Below, in pieces: positions 19,672-28,952 of a stretch of 64,000 bases of DNA (positions are counted from its first letter, which is position 1; each line of letters opens with the position of its first letter). Made by a program: the position numbers and the translations under genes. Location of the stretch: NCBI GenBank assembly GCA_038256975.1, contig JBBSJU010000001.1, forward strand, positions 59,087 through 123,086. The letters are read 5' to 3'. The DNA is from Minisyncoccia bacterium (GTDB lineage Bacteria > Patescibacteriota > Minisyncoccia > Phycocordibacterales > UBA5272). The notes under the pieces were generated by a model. The model ran no database searches. It saw only the letters and a program-made list of their open reading frames with translations, and had not been told where the DNA came from.

Positions 19672-20247
19672 ATGACTATACATAAAGAAACCTCGATCGT
19701 GCTTTGCGTCTCTGGAGCAGCTGACATTGGGCACTGTGGCATTGATGCGCGCGAAAAGGCAATAGAGCTTGGGAAAGAGATTGGTAGAAAAGGTGCGGTG
19801 TTGGTAACGGGCGCGACTACAGGGTTTCCTTTGTGGGCAGCAATGGGAACAAAGTCGGAAGGAGGCATTTCAATTGGACTTTCTCCTGCGGCCAATGTAA
19901 GAGAGCACAAAGAGGTGTATAAGCTTCCGCCTGATTATATGGACTTGGTAGTCTATACAGGGTTTGGTTTTCCTGGACGCGATTTGTTACTCATTCGTTC
20001 ATGCGAGGCGGTACTCATTGGTTGTGGACGTATTGGCACTATTCACGAGTTTACGATTGCGTTTGAGGACAATAAACCGATTGGAGTTTTGCAAGGCGAT
20101 TGGGCCACAGATGAAGTTATTCAAAATATTATTGCAAAAGGTAATCGTCCTAATCCAAAGATTGTTTTCGATACAGACCCAAAACGTTTGGTGGAAAAAG
20201 TGATAGAGCTTGTTAAAGTCGATCGTTTAGCGGCAGGGGTTATTTAG
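19672..20247 (+). CDS. TIGR00725 / LOG-like Rossmann-fold protein
   Basis: IVLCVSGAADIGHCGIDAREKAIELGKEIGRKGAVLVTGATTG matches the SLOG/LOG-family N-terminal nucleotide-binding pattern. Confidence 0.5.
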   Translation: MTIHKETSIVLCVSGAADIGHCGIDAREKAIELGKEIGRKGAVLVTGATTGFPLWAAMGTKSEGGISIGLSPAANVREHKEVYKLPPDYMDLVVYTGFGFPGRDLLLIRSCEAVLIGCGRIGTIHEFTIAFEDNKPIGVLQGDWATDEVIQNIIAKGNRPNPKIVFDTDPKRLVEKVIELVKVDRLAAGVI

Positions 20248-20318
20248 AAAATAAACAAAAGAAAACCCCACCAGACTAAAAGCAGGTAGGGTATTGCATG
20301 AGTGTTTTGGGCACTTTT

Positions 20319-20849
20319 TTATTTTGTCTTGGTCTTGGAAAACAAATGCGACAAGATACATCCTAGTATCCCACCAACAACCACAGAGCTAAGCACACCC
20401 TCACTATGAAAATGATTCTCTTGAATTACTCCAGACCACGTTTCTGAGTGGGGTGCTGGTATGTAGTAATAGACGAACGTTACGGTCAATGTCACAAGAG
20501 CACCTATGGTGATGTAGCGCGCAAACTTTCCATAGTGCGCTTTCGCTTCTACGTACAGGAATACCATATCGAGGAGTGCATGTATTCCGTGAAAAGTGAT
20601 TTCAGATCCATTGTAGTGACTTCCATGTAGTGCATGATGGTACCACTCAATTATCATGTGTCCGACAAGGAAAAGTGACGGAAGGTATCCATGTCGTTTA
20701 TGCGCCAAAAGCGCGACGGACAGACCTCCAAGTAGCGCACCGAACATTTGCCAAGAACCAAAACCCATTTCCCAAATATGCAGGAGAAGGAATCCTCCAT
20801 AGATGATGAGAAACAACTGAAAGAACAATCGGCGATGAGTATGAGTCAT
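20319..20849 (-). CDS. His-rich integral membrane protein (possible metal-handling)
   Basis: TM helices with clustered His: HMIIEWYHHALHGSHYNGSEITFHGIHALLD. Lies in a Fur-associated neighbourhood. Confidence 0.45.
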   Translation of the reverse strand: MTHTHRRLFFQLFLIIYGGFLLLHIWEMGFGSWQMFGALLGGLSVALLAHKRHGYLPSLFLVGHMIIEWYHHALHGSHYNGSEITFHGIHALLDMVFLYVEAKAHYGKFARYITIGALVTLTVTFVYYYIPAPHSETWSGVIQENHFHSEGVLSSVVVGGILGCILSHLFSKTKTK

Positions 20850-20903
20850 TTTTTCTTTCCTAAGGAAAAGGCGTCACTGGGACGCCTTTTGAACAAGTCC
20901 CAG

Positions 20904-21275
20904 TTAATGGAAGACCTGAGCTTTTATGTCGTTGTATGCATCACTTTGCGTGAGACACATAACAGCGACAGCTCTCAAGACATTCTGAAGCCGTGAAGCG
21001 TCGGCCATGTGTTTCCCCACAGTAAACGAAATGGGGTCGCCGTCTGCTTTGTGCCACTGATTGCACACATGTGGCTTACCACCGTGAGAGTTTTCGTCAC
21101 GATGATCATCGAAGACGACAAAACGAACATGCCCATCAGGAAACGTGCATCGCACGGTTACGCATCGCGAACTTTCCTTTACTAAGAACACGAACCCTTC
21201 CTTTTGAGCAAGTTCAAGCAGGTGGTCTGCGTTTTCGGAAAGAAAGTCGCTAAACGGGTGGTTAGCAGTCAGCAT
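20904..21275 (-). CDS. hypothetical protein (GC-elevated), His/Cys-containing
   Basis: Start chosen at MLTANHPF (GGAG 9 nt upstream); overlaps the upstream gene stop by 14 nt. Contains CTFPDGHVRFVVFDDHRDENSHGGKPHVCNQWH. Confidence 0.4.
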   Translation of the reverse strand: MLTANHPFSDFLSENADHLLELAQKEGFVFLVKESSRCVTVRCTFPDGHVRFVVFDDHRDENSHGGKPHVCNQWHKADGDPISFTVGKHMADASRLQNVLRAVAVMCLTQSDAYNDIKAQVFH

Positions 21276-21612
21276 AGTTGAGTACTCCATTCTGGGTCTC
21301 GAATTGGAACAAGACAGGGTTGAAGTCTTTGGGAGGGTCAACGATCACGTCGCAACAGTTTGCGAAGACAATCCGTCTTCCGTCGAACAGTTTTTTCTCG
21401 AGAACGTGTCGCATGCCGTCGGCAACAACACGCTTGATTTGTGCCGCAAGCGGAGTTGCGGGGTCTTCCTTGTGGTGGATACCCATACTCAGACCTTTGA
21501 ACCAGGCGAATGCCAGAGGAAGGTCTTTTTGGATTGCTCCGTAGAGTGTATCTTCCAGTTGTTCGACACTCATTCCGGTGGTGTCGACGTGAGCGATTGA
21601 AGGCAAGGACAT
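21262..21612 (-). CDS. hypothetical protein (GC-elevated)
   Basis: Start chosen at MSLPSIAHV (GGAG 7 nt upstream). No recognisable domain. Confidence 0.4.
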   Translation of the reverse strand: MSLPSIAHVDTTGMSVEQLEDTLYGAIQKDLPLAFAWFKGLSMGIHHKEDPATPLAAQIKRVVADGMRHVLEKKLFDGRRIVFANCCDVIVDPPKDFNPVLFQFETQNGVLNYADC

Positions 21613-21700
21613 GTCAGTTCTCCTAAGTGATATTGGGGTTGATGATGAAGGAACATTCGAACGCTTCACCTGTATGAATACAGGTGAAGCGTATAGAACA

Positions 21701-22528
21701 TTACTTTCCAGATTTCATATCTTGAAAATCTTTAATAGTCGAGAGGTTTCCTCTTTTCTTTAACTTCTTAACTTCCTCAATAACAGAAACCATTGCTTGT
21801 TTTGTTGCATCTTTAACTTTCACATAGTCATAATTCATAACATTTTCATCAAAAGGAATCTCACCTAATATTTTCTCGCCATTCTTCGCAACAAAGTCTT
21901 TATAGAATTCATTGTCTGTAGGCTTGTTAACTACAGCAAAGCAAGGAATGAGTGACTTTCTACAAATATCTTGAATCTGCTCAAACACCTTAATGCTGTT
22001 TCTGTGTGGTTCTACAACACCAATCACGGCATCTATTCCTGCGTATAATCCGTAATTGAGCATGTCAGCTCCCGCAACACTATCTATAACGACAAAGTCA
22101 TCTTTCTCATCAAGAAGTCCAAGATAATACTTAAGTGGACTAGAGAGTCCGTGGGCACACTTACCAGAAAACATTACATCAGGTGCACCAAGACCAATGT
22201 TTATGAGTGAAACTTTGTCACTTACATATATAGCAATAGAAGATGTATACGAATCTTGGGGGTTGGTAGTAAAAGAAGGGAGAGTGTTTGTGTCTTTATT
22301 AAGTACCCCACTTACTTTTGCCACACCGACATATTCCATAAACGCTTGTTCGGTTTTGTGCATGAGTAGAGTGGTCTCGGGATTAAGCCCTAAGTTGCTC
22401 GTTAGGTCCATGTTGTGATCTGCATCAATCGCCAACACAAAAGAACCCATATCTTCTATAGTCTTAACCGCAAGCCATGATACAGAGCTTTTGCCGCTCC
22501 CCCCTTTTCCTACAAATGCCGCTTTCAT
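21701..22528 (-). CDS. CooC/MinD-family P-loop ATPase
   Basis: Deviant Walker A FVGKGGSGKSS at the N-terminus, ParA/MinD/CooC fold; 275 aa. Confidence 0.75.
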   Translation of the reverse strand: MKAAFVGKGGSGKSSVSWLAVKTIEDMGSFVLAIDADHNMDLTSNLGLNPETTLLMHKTEQAFMEYVGVAKVSGVLNKDTNTLPSFTTNPQDSYTSSIAIYVSDKVSLINIGLGAPDVMFSGKCAHGLSSPLKYYLGLLDEKDDFVVIDSVAGADMLNYGLYAGIDAVIGVVEPHRNSIKVFEQIQDICRKSLIPCFAVVNKPTDNEFYKDFVAKNGEKILGEIPFDENVMNYDYVKVKDATKQAMVSVIEEVKKLKKRGNLSTIKDFQDMKSGK

Positions 22529-22530
22529 AT

Positions 22531-22551
22531 AAACGCAATAGTATTGCGTTT
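22531..22551. promoter_or_regulatory. perfect 10-1-10 palindrome, candidate Fur-family operator in a divergent promoter region
   Basis: AAACGCAATA g TATTGCGTTT lies between the divergent CooC-like gene and the fur-family gene. Confidence 0.5.
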
Positions 22552-22615
22552 ATAATACTAACTTAGATACAATATTATTGCAATACGGTTGCATTAATGG
22601 CATACTAATGCAACT

Positions 22616-23044
22616 ATGAAATCGAAAGACTTAACCTTCTGTGAAGATATTCTCAAAGGACATAAGTTTCGGGTGACTCCAGGAAGGGTGGCCCTTCTTC
22701 TTTTTTTAAAACACAAAGAAAAGCCCCTTTCTGTTCCTGACATACAAAAACAAATGCCGTACTCAATGGATAAGGTGACCCTTTATCGCGCTCTTGAGGA
22801 TTTTGCTCAGTCTAAAATTGTTGCAAAGATTAGTCTGCGAGATGCGGCGACATACTATGAGTTTATTCACGCTAACCATCACCATCATCATGTTGTGTGT
22901 GAAAAGTGCGGAAAAATCGAAGATATTGAAAGTTGCAATCAAGATTCTCTTCAAAAAGAAATCCTTAAGTCTGCAAAAAGTTTTAAAATTATCAATTCTC
23001 ACTCATTGGAATTCTTCGGTATTTGTAAAGAGTGTGATAAATAA
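22616..23044 (+). CDS. fur: Fur family transcriptional regulator (Fur/Zur/PerR)
   Basis: Winged-helix N-terminus; HHHHH...CEKCGKIEDIE...CKECDK metal-binding motifs; 142 aa. Confidence 0.8.
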   Translation: MKSKDLTFCEDILKGHKFRVTPGRVALLLFLKHKEKPLSVPDIQKQMPYSMDKVTLYRALEDFAQSKIVAKISLRDAATYYEFIHANHHHHHVVCEKCGKIEDIESCNQDSLQKEILKSAKSFKIINSHSLEFFGICKECDK

Positions 23045-23066
23045 ATATTTAGATATACTACTTAGT

Positions 23067-24200
23067 ATGATGAACGTAAAGAAAGTTTTAATAACATCTC
23101 TTTTTACAACACTACTTTTACCACTACTTTCATATGCGCAAGAAACTATTTTAGTCCCAGGCGTTGAGGTTTTTCAAAAAGCAAAAGTACTTACAGTAGA
23201 GAGTCAAGACGTAACTACGATTCTCGGAACACAGACCGTGGTACCAACACAAACACTTAAAGTTGAAATCCTTGAGGGGGTCCATGTGGGGAAAGTGGTT
23301 ACTTTTGAAAATGATTACATTCAGCTTTCGGCAGGTGATAGTTTCTATGCTCGGTACCAAAAAGATTCTTTGAGTGGCGATGAGTATTGGTCAGTGTCTA
23401 GTCCGTATAGGTTGGATGTTCTCGGCTGGCTTTTAATTGCTTTTATCGTGCTCATTGGCCTCTTTGGAGGTATTCAAGGGGTGCGGGGTTTTGCTAGTCT
23501 TATTGGGAGCTTGTTTCTCATATTTTACATTCTCGTACCTGGAATCTATGGCGGATACAATGCTGTGGCCATAAGCATTACAGTTGCTTCTCTTATCATT
23601 ATTGTTGGATCGTACATTACCCATGGTTTCAATAGAACCACCACAGCTGCTATTTTCGGGATGATTTTGACGGTCATTTTTACTGGACTTGTTGCGTACT
23701 ATATAGTCGATGTCGCACACCTGAGTGGATATGACAGTGAGGAGAGTATGTTTCTGAACCTAAACACACAAGGAAGTATCGATATGGTTGGCCTTTTGTT
23801 TGGTGGAATTATGATCGGACTTCTTGGTGTTCTGTACGATATTGCAATCGGGCAAGCCGTTGCTATAGAGGAACTATTTCGAGCGGGGAGACAATTGACG
23901 CGCAAAGAAGTTTACAAACGGGGAATACGGATTGGTAGAGAGCACATTGGTGCATTGGTTAACACGCTTGCGATTGCATATGTTGGTGCATCTTTACCGC
24001 TTCTTTTGCTCATGCAAAATTCGACGACAGGGATCCTTTTTATTATAAACAGTGAGATTTTTGCTACTGAAATCGTACGTATACTAATTGGAAGCATAGG
24101 GCTCATACTTGCTGTACCCATCACAACACTCATTGCTTCGCATATGTTGTATGGAAAAGAAACGCCATTTCAAAAATCTACTCATAATCATACACACTAG
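23067..24200 (+). CDS. YibE/F-like polytopic membrane protein
   Basis: Signal/TM, extracytoplasmic segment, then ~7 TM helices; His-rich tail KSTHNHTH. Start taken at MMNVKKV after the fur stop. Confidence 0.55.
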   Translation: MMNVKKVLITSLFTTLLLPLLSYAQETILVPGVEVFQKAKVLTVESQDVTTILGTQTVVPTQTLKVEILEGVHVGKVVTFENDYIQLSAGDSFYARYQKDSLSGDEYWSVSSPYRLDVLGWLLIAFIVLIGLFGGIQGVRGFASLIGSLFLIFYILVPGIYGGYNAVAISITVASLIIIVGSYITHGFNRTTTAAIFGMILTVIFTGLVAYYIVDVAHLSGYDSEESMFLNLNTQGSIDMVGLLFGGIMIGLLGVLYDIAIGQAVAIEELFRAGRQLTRKEVYKRGIRIGREHIGALVNTLAIAYVGASLPLLLLMQNSTTGILFIINSEIFATEIVRILIGSIGLILAVPITTLIASHMLYGKETPFQKSTHNHTH

Positions 24201-24228
24201 ACCTCTTGCATATCTAGAGCGAATAATA

Positions 24229-24295
24229 GTTTTTCTTTGGGTGGGGGAAGGTCTGGCAAAGAAAAACTATTTGTGAGTGAAGGATTTGCAAGAGG
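24229..24295 (+). repeat. repeat element family A copy 1 (hairpin with G-rich loop plus tail)
   Basis: TTTTTCTTTG-GGTGGGGGAAGGTCTGG-CAAAGAAAAA...GTGAGTGAAGGATTTGCAAGAGG is ~88% identical to 26874-26938. Confidence 0.5.
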
Positions 24296-24299
24296 TACA

Positions 24300-24333
24300 T
24301 TAAAAAACACCTGCATGTTGCAGGTGTTTTTTA
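24300..24333. terminator. bidirectional intrinsic terminator
   Basis: AAAAAACACCTGCA tgt TGCAGGTGTTTTTT lies between convergent yibE/F-like and rplT. Confidence 0.7.
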
Positions 24334-24347
24334 ATGTGTAGAGAATC

Positions 24348-24698
24348 TTACTTTGTTTTTACCTGAGCGATAATCTTCTTGAAAAGCTCTGGATACTCTG
24401 CGGCAATTTCTGAAAGCATTTTTCGATTGAGGAGAACGTTTGCTTTCTTTGCTGCACCAATGAATGCACTGTATGTTGTGCCATTTTCTCGGAGGGCAGC
24501 ATTGAGGCGAACGCTCCAGAGTCGACGGAAGTCATTCTTCTTGTCTTTTCGGTGTGCAAACGCATGTGCGCCAGCTTTAGTGAGCGCTACTTTTGCTGCT
24601 CGTTCCTTGGTACTTCGTCCGTTACGAAATCCTTTAGCAGCTTTTAGTACTGAACGTCGTCGTTTTGCACCTATGGTTCCTTTTTTTACTCGTGGCAT
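24348..24698 (-). CDS. rplT: 50S ribosomal protein L20
   Basis: MPRVKKGTIGAKRRRSVLKAAKGFRNGRS...; 116 aa. Confidence 0.9.
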   Translation of the reverse strand: MPRVKKGTIGAKRRRSVLKAAKGFRNGRSTKERAAKVALTKAGAHAFAHRKDKKNDFRRLWSVRLNAALRENGTTYSAFIGAAKKANVLLNRKMLSEIAAEYPELFKKIIAQVKTK

Positions 24699-24717
24699 AT
24701 TGTTATTAAAAGATAAG

Positions 24718-24909
24718 TTATTTTATGAGTCCAGGGAGAAACTGACGCTTTTCTCGAGATGTCATAGGGAAGGCAACGGGCTTTTTACCAGCAAGCTGTT
24801 TTGTTCGCTTTTGTTTCGCGTTGTAGTGATTAAAGCCTGGCGCTCGTCCGAGGATTTTACCGTTCTTCGTTACTTTTAGTCGTTTTGTATATGATTTGTT
24901 TGTTTTCAT
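24718..24909 (-). CDS. rpmI: 50S ribosomal protein L35
   Basis: MKTNKSYTKRLKVTKNGKILGRAPGFNHYNAKQ; 63 aa. Confidence 0.85.
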   Translation of the reverse strand: MKTNKSYTKRLKVTKNGKILGRAPGFNHYNAKQKRTKQLAGKKPVAFPMTSREKRQFLPGLIK

Positions 24910-24920
24910 ACGGATGTAGC

Positions 24921-25442
24921 CTACTTTTTTCGTTCAATGGTAACCATGAATCCTCCTTTTGGAGTTTTTTTGATTGGCTCAGCAATTTTGTAATCTTCAG
25001 TGAGGAGGATGAGTACTCGCTCGAGTCTTCCCCTGAGAAAACTTTCTTCAAGATACTTCTCTCGTCCTCGAAGGTAAAGGTCAAACTGTACTCGATGGCC
25101 TTCTTTGAGCCATTTTGATGCCTGGCGTGCCTTTATTTCAAGATCGTTATCTCCTGTTCCTAGTTTTACCTGAAGACTTTTGGTCTCAGTAACTTTTGCT
25201 TTTGCCTTTACATCCTTGAGCTTTTTTGATGTGTCGTATTGGTATTTACCGTAATCCGTTATCTTTACGATAGGGGGAACGGCGCCAGGACTAACTTCAA
25301 TAAGATCAAGCTGTAATGCTCGAGCACGCGCGAGCGCATCCTCGATACTTAGAACTCCCAAGTTTCCACCTTGCGGATCAATGACTCGCACTTCACGAGC
25401 GCGTATCTGCTCATTAATTCTTGTTTTGTCTTTGTCTTTCAA
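24921..25442 (-). CDS. infC: translation initiation factor IF-3
   Basis: INEQIRAREVRVIDPQGGNLGVLSIEDALARARALQLDLIEVSP; conserved infC-rpmI-rplT order. Confidence 0.9.
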   Translation of the reverse strand: MKDKDKTRINEQIRAREVRVIDPQGGNLGVLSIEDALARARALQLDLIEVSPGAVPPIVKITDYGKYQYDTSKKLKDVKAKAKVTETKSLQVKLGTGDNDLEIKARQASKWLKEGHRVQFDLYLRGREKYLEESFLRGRLERVLILLTEDYKIAEPIKKTPKGGFMVTIERKK

Positions 25443-25542
25443 AGTGGTGAACGAAATAGGTTACTAAGTGCTACGTACTATACTCTGAAAGCTGTTTTTG
25501 GTCAATATATCTATCCGTTTATTTGTGTATACAATAGGTAGT

Positions 25543-26820
25543 ATGAAAAAGGGGAGAATACACTGCATCGGCATAGGAGGAATCGGGCTTTCTGCCTTGG
25601 CACAATATTTTGTAGATCTTGGACATATAGTCTCAGGTACGGATCAAACAGAATCAAAAATAACAGCTCTTTTGGGAAGGGGGGGGATTGCTGTTGCCAT
25701 AGGACATCATCCGGAATTAATTACAGGCGACATCGAGCAAATTTTTTATACAGCAGCCCTTCCAGATTCTGATCCTGAACTTGTCCGTGCTCGAGAACTT
25801 GGCATCCCAACTTTTACCTATGCCCAAGGACTTGGCATGATTTCAAAAAACAAAAAGACAATTGCAGTTGCCGGGTCGCATGGGAAAACAAGTACGACCG
25901 CGATGATCGCGCATATTCTCCGTGAGGCACGAGTTGATCCAACGGTCATTGTCGGTAGTCTTCTTGCAAAAGACGGAACAAATTTCATCGCAGGAAAAGG
26001 CGAATTGTTTATTGTTGAATCGTGTGAGTACAAGAAATCGTTTCTTGAGATTGATCCATGGCTTGCGGTGGTAACAAACATAGACAACGACCATCTTGAT
26101 TATTACGGTACTATTGAAAATTTAGTTGCTACTTTCAAAACATTTGTTGAAAAAGTTCCCGAGAATGGTTTTGTTGTTGTTGATCGCACGCTTCCGTACA
26201 TGGAAGAAATACTTTCTTCTGTCAGGGGCACAGTGATAGATGTATCTGGAAAATCTTTTGATTTTAATTTGCTTGTTCCTGGAGATCATATGAAAAAAAA
26301 TGCGCGACTCGCAGCCTCTGTCGCAGAACTTATTTCTGTGGCTCACTCTGATGCTCGTACGTATTTAGAAACATTTGCAGGCACATGGCGGCGTTCACAA
26401 TATGTGGGTCTCACAACTGCGGGAGCAATGGTCTTTGATGATTACGGCCATCACCCCACAGAAATACAGGCAACCTTGAAAGGTTTCAAGGAGAAATACG
26501 CTGACAAAAAAATAGTGGTTCTTTTCCAGCCACATCTTTTTTCACGCACGAAGCTTTTGTTTAATGACTTTGTAGAATCTTTTTATGATGCAAGCACAGT
26601 CTATGTGGCACCCATATATGCCGCTCGAAAAGAAGATACACAGGATATATCTTCTGAAATCCTTGTCTTTGCATTGCAACAAAAAGGTGTGAATGCTCAC
26701 GTGTATACCGAGGATCATTTTGAAATACTGAAAAATCTCCCTGACGATTCTCTTGTTATCACGCTTGGAGCAGGGGAGATGAATAAAGTAAGCGAAGCGC
26801 TGACAGAAAAAGTCGCGTAG
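25543..26820 (+). CDS. murC: UDP-N-acetylmuramate--L-alanine ligase
   Basis: IHCIGIGGIGLSALA (Mur ligase N-terminal motif), GSHGKTSTT ATP-binding motif. Confidence 0.85.
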   Translation: MKKGRIHCIGIGGIGLSALAQYFVDLGHIVSGTDQTESKITALLGRGGIAVAIGHHPELITGDIEQIFYTAALPDSDPELVRARELGIPTFTYAQGLGMISKNKKTIAVAGSHGKTSTTAMIAHILREARVDPTVIVGSLLAKDGTNFIAGKGELFIVESCEYKKSFLEIDPWLAVVTNIDNDHLDYYGTIENLVATFKTFVEKVPENGFVVVDRTLPYMEEILSSVRGTVIDVSGKSFDFNLLVPGDHMKKNARLAASVAELISVAHSDARTYLETFAGTWRRSQYVGLTTAGAMVFDDYGHHPTEIQATLKGFKEKYADKKIVVLFQPHLFSRTKLLFNDFVESFYDASTVYVAPIYAARKEDTQDISSEILVFALQQKGVNAHVYTEDHFEILKNLPDDSLVITLGAGEMNKVSEALTEKVA

Positions 26821-26873
26821 GTCCTCAGGGGTGTATACTTACTAGACTGACTGCATATTTAGAACGAACAACA

Positions 26874-26938
26874 TTTTTCTTTGAGTAGGGGAAGGTCTGG
26901 CAAAGAAAAATGTTTGTGAGTGAAGGATATGCAAGAGG
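26874..26938 (+). repeat. repeat element family A copy 2
   Basis: See 24229-24295; here it sits directly 5' of the next ORF, and its 3' end AAGAGG could serve as the RBS. Confidence 0.5.
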
Positions 26939-26945
26939 CCTATAT

Positions 26946-27338
26946 ATGTCATATTTTCTTTCACTCTTTGCTTCTGCATTTGTAATATTTGCAGCAATCG
27001 ATGTTTTCGCCATCACCTACATCATCACCCCGTTCTATCGTTCCAAAGTTCCTGAAATTCTAGCTTCAAAATTCGCACTTCTTCCAGCCCTTTCTTTTTA
27101 CATTATTTATATCGCTGGAATTGTATATTTTGCAATTATGCCTGCTCTCAAATCAGGTTCTATATTGAATGCATTTATAAACGGAGCGTTGCTCGGCGCT
27201 TTTGCATACGCAACATTTACCCTCACCAATATGGCCATTCTTAAAAATTGGCCATTCGTTATTGCTGCCTCAGATATTTTATGGGGCGCACTTTTGACAG
27301 GGACAGTTGCTGCGCTTGTGGTCTGGTTTTTCAAATAA
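26946..27338 (+). CDS. hypothetical small integral membrane protein (4 TM)
   Basis: Hydrophobic 130 aa; start at MSYFLSLF preceded by AAGAGG. Confidence 0.45.
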   Translation: MSYFLSLFASAFVIFAAIDVFAITYIITPFYRSKVPEILASKFALLPALSFYIIYIAGIVYFAIMPALKSGSILNAFINGALLGAFAYATFTLTNMAILKNWPFVIAASDILWGALLTGTVAALVVWFFK

Positions 27339-27756
27339 CTTCTTCTTGTTTGCCAAGGAAATAGGCTACGCTATACTAAAAGATATGTTAGACCATCCTG
27401 TGTTCAAAATGTCTTTCTTCTTTGCTCTTATTATTGGGGCGACTATTTTTCTTTTGGGTGTTTCTGGATACTACGACCAAGGTGCTGCGCCAGGGCAAGA
27501 AGGTGCACTTCAAAAGTTTTTCAAGTTTGAGTAATTTTTTAGCCGGAGTGATCATATAAATTCTAAACCTTGTTTTAAGGTGGTATTTGACAAAGTTTAT
27601 ATTAATGTGTTTAATTGATAACAAAGTTCTTTGATACAAGCTTGCAAGTGACTATAGTCAAAAAACTATTACAACGCTAAATAAAAAGCTAGGTGTTTTT
27701 GGCTATGGTTACCAAAACAGTAACCGAGTAAACCACGAAAAAACCAAGGAGAGTCT

Positions 27757-28194
27757 ATGAATACCCGTGTTCGTGTTCCTCATTATTTTGCCGATGTCCC
27801 CCCAATCTTATTGATCGAGAATTGGTCTACCCTTGATCAAGAATTGGTCTACGATCGACTCTGGCGGTTTGGACCGCAAAGATATGATTTGGCGAAGATC
27901 AAGGTTTCTCGGTCCACCAACTCAGACGTCTTACTTATTATCAAAGATGTTGAGAGTCTGAAGGGGTGTCTGGGTCTCCAGGATGCATTGCAGATTCAGA
28001 AAAAAGGTCCGTGTGTTTTTCGAGACTTGTTCGGGCTTGGTAGTGCACTATGTTGCTTGAAGTCTGTTACGAGTCTCAAGGGAAAATTTTACGCACCATC
28101 TCTTCGGGAGTACGGAGATCAGTTGGGAGTGTTTTGGACTGATTTGTCTATAGGGCACGACGATTGGCTTATTGCTCGGTTTCCAGTAAGTTGA
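27757..28194 (+). CDS. hypothetical protein
   Basis: 145 aa, no recognisable motif; follows an AT-rich promoter region. Confidence 0.35.
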   Translation: MNTRVRVPHYFADVPPILLIENWSTLDQELVYDRLWRFGPQRYDLAKIKVSRSTNSDVLLIIKDVESLKGCLGLQDALQIQKKGPCVFRDLFGLGSALCCLKSVTSLKGKFYAPSLREYGDQLGVFWTDLSIGHDDWLIARFPVS

Positions 28195-28428
28195 TGACTA
28201 ACGAGCGACCGTGTTCATTTCAGGAGTAGCCACCCAAAACTGGGTGGCTTTTGTATTTCTGGACTTTTATGTTACATTGTCCGAGTAAATCCGTAGACAG
28301 CAGGCGTTTATAAGTCCTGCCGAGGTGCTCGCAATATCAAGGTTTATTCCTTACTATTGCAACTTCTCCTACTTCAGAAAAGATTTACCGTAAAAGCTTT
28401 GCTTTTGCGTTTGAACTATTACAACATT

Positions 28429-28926
28429 ATGGCAATATCACGAACAAAAAAAGGCGAACTCGTCTCGGGTATGACAACCATGGTGCGTGATGCAGGATCT
28501 GTTGTCTTTGTAAAATTTAAAGGTCTTAAAGTAAATGATGCAAATGAACTTCGAAAGAAGCTCAAAGCAGAACAAGTAGACTTTACCGTTACAAAGAAAT
28601 CACTCTTGAATCGTGCTTTGGAAGCCAACAAAGTCTCAGGTGAACAACCAGCTTTGGAAGGTGCAGTTGCTATTGCGTACGGAAAAGATCTTCTTTCTCC
28701 AGCGCGCGAAGTACATGCATTTTACAAAACCCATAAAGACGAGCTCTCTATAATCGGTGGTGTGTTTGAAGGAAAGTACATGAATGCGGCAGAAATGTCT
28801 GTAATCGCAACTATCCCTTCACGCGAGACACTCATCGCTCAGATTCTTATGCTTATTCAGTCACCAATTCGTGGATTCGCGGTGGCAGTAGGCGAAATCG
28901 CAAAACAGAAAGAAACCACAAACTAA
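28429..28926 (+). CDS. rplJ: 50S ribosomal protein L10
   Basis: MAISRTKKGELVSGMTTMVRDAGSVVFVKFKGLKVNDANELRKKL. A ~230-nt structured leader at 28195-28428 is upstream. Confidence 0.9.
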   Translation: MAISRTKKGELVSGMTTMVRDAGSVVFVKFKGLKVNDANELRKKLKAEQVDFTVTKKSLLNRALEANKVSGEQPALEGAVAIAYGKDLLSPAREVHAFYKTHKDELSIIGGVFEGKYMNAAEMSVIATIPSRETLIAQILMLIQSPIRGFAVAVGEIAKQKETTN

Positions 28927-28952
28927 CTTTAGTAAACTATTAAAAAAAGAGT

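Noticed and set aside
27820-27870. 13-nt direct duplication GAATTGGTCTAC x2 inside the 27757 ORF
   Set aside because: A small out-of-frame tandem duplication inside a coding region; too short to interpret, likely slippage.
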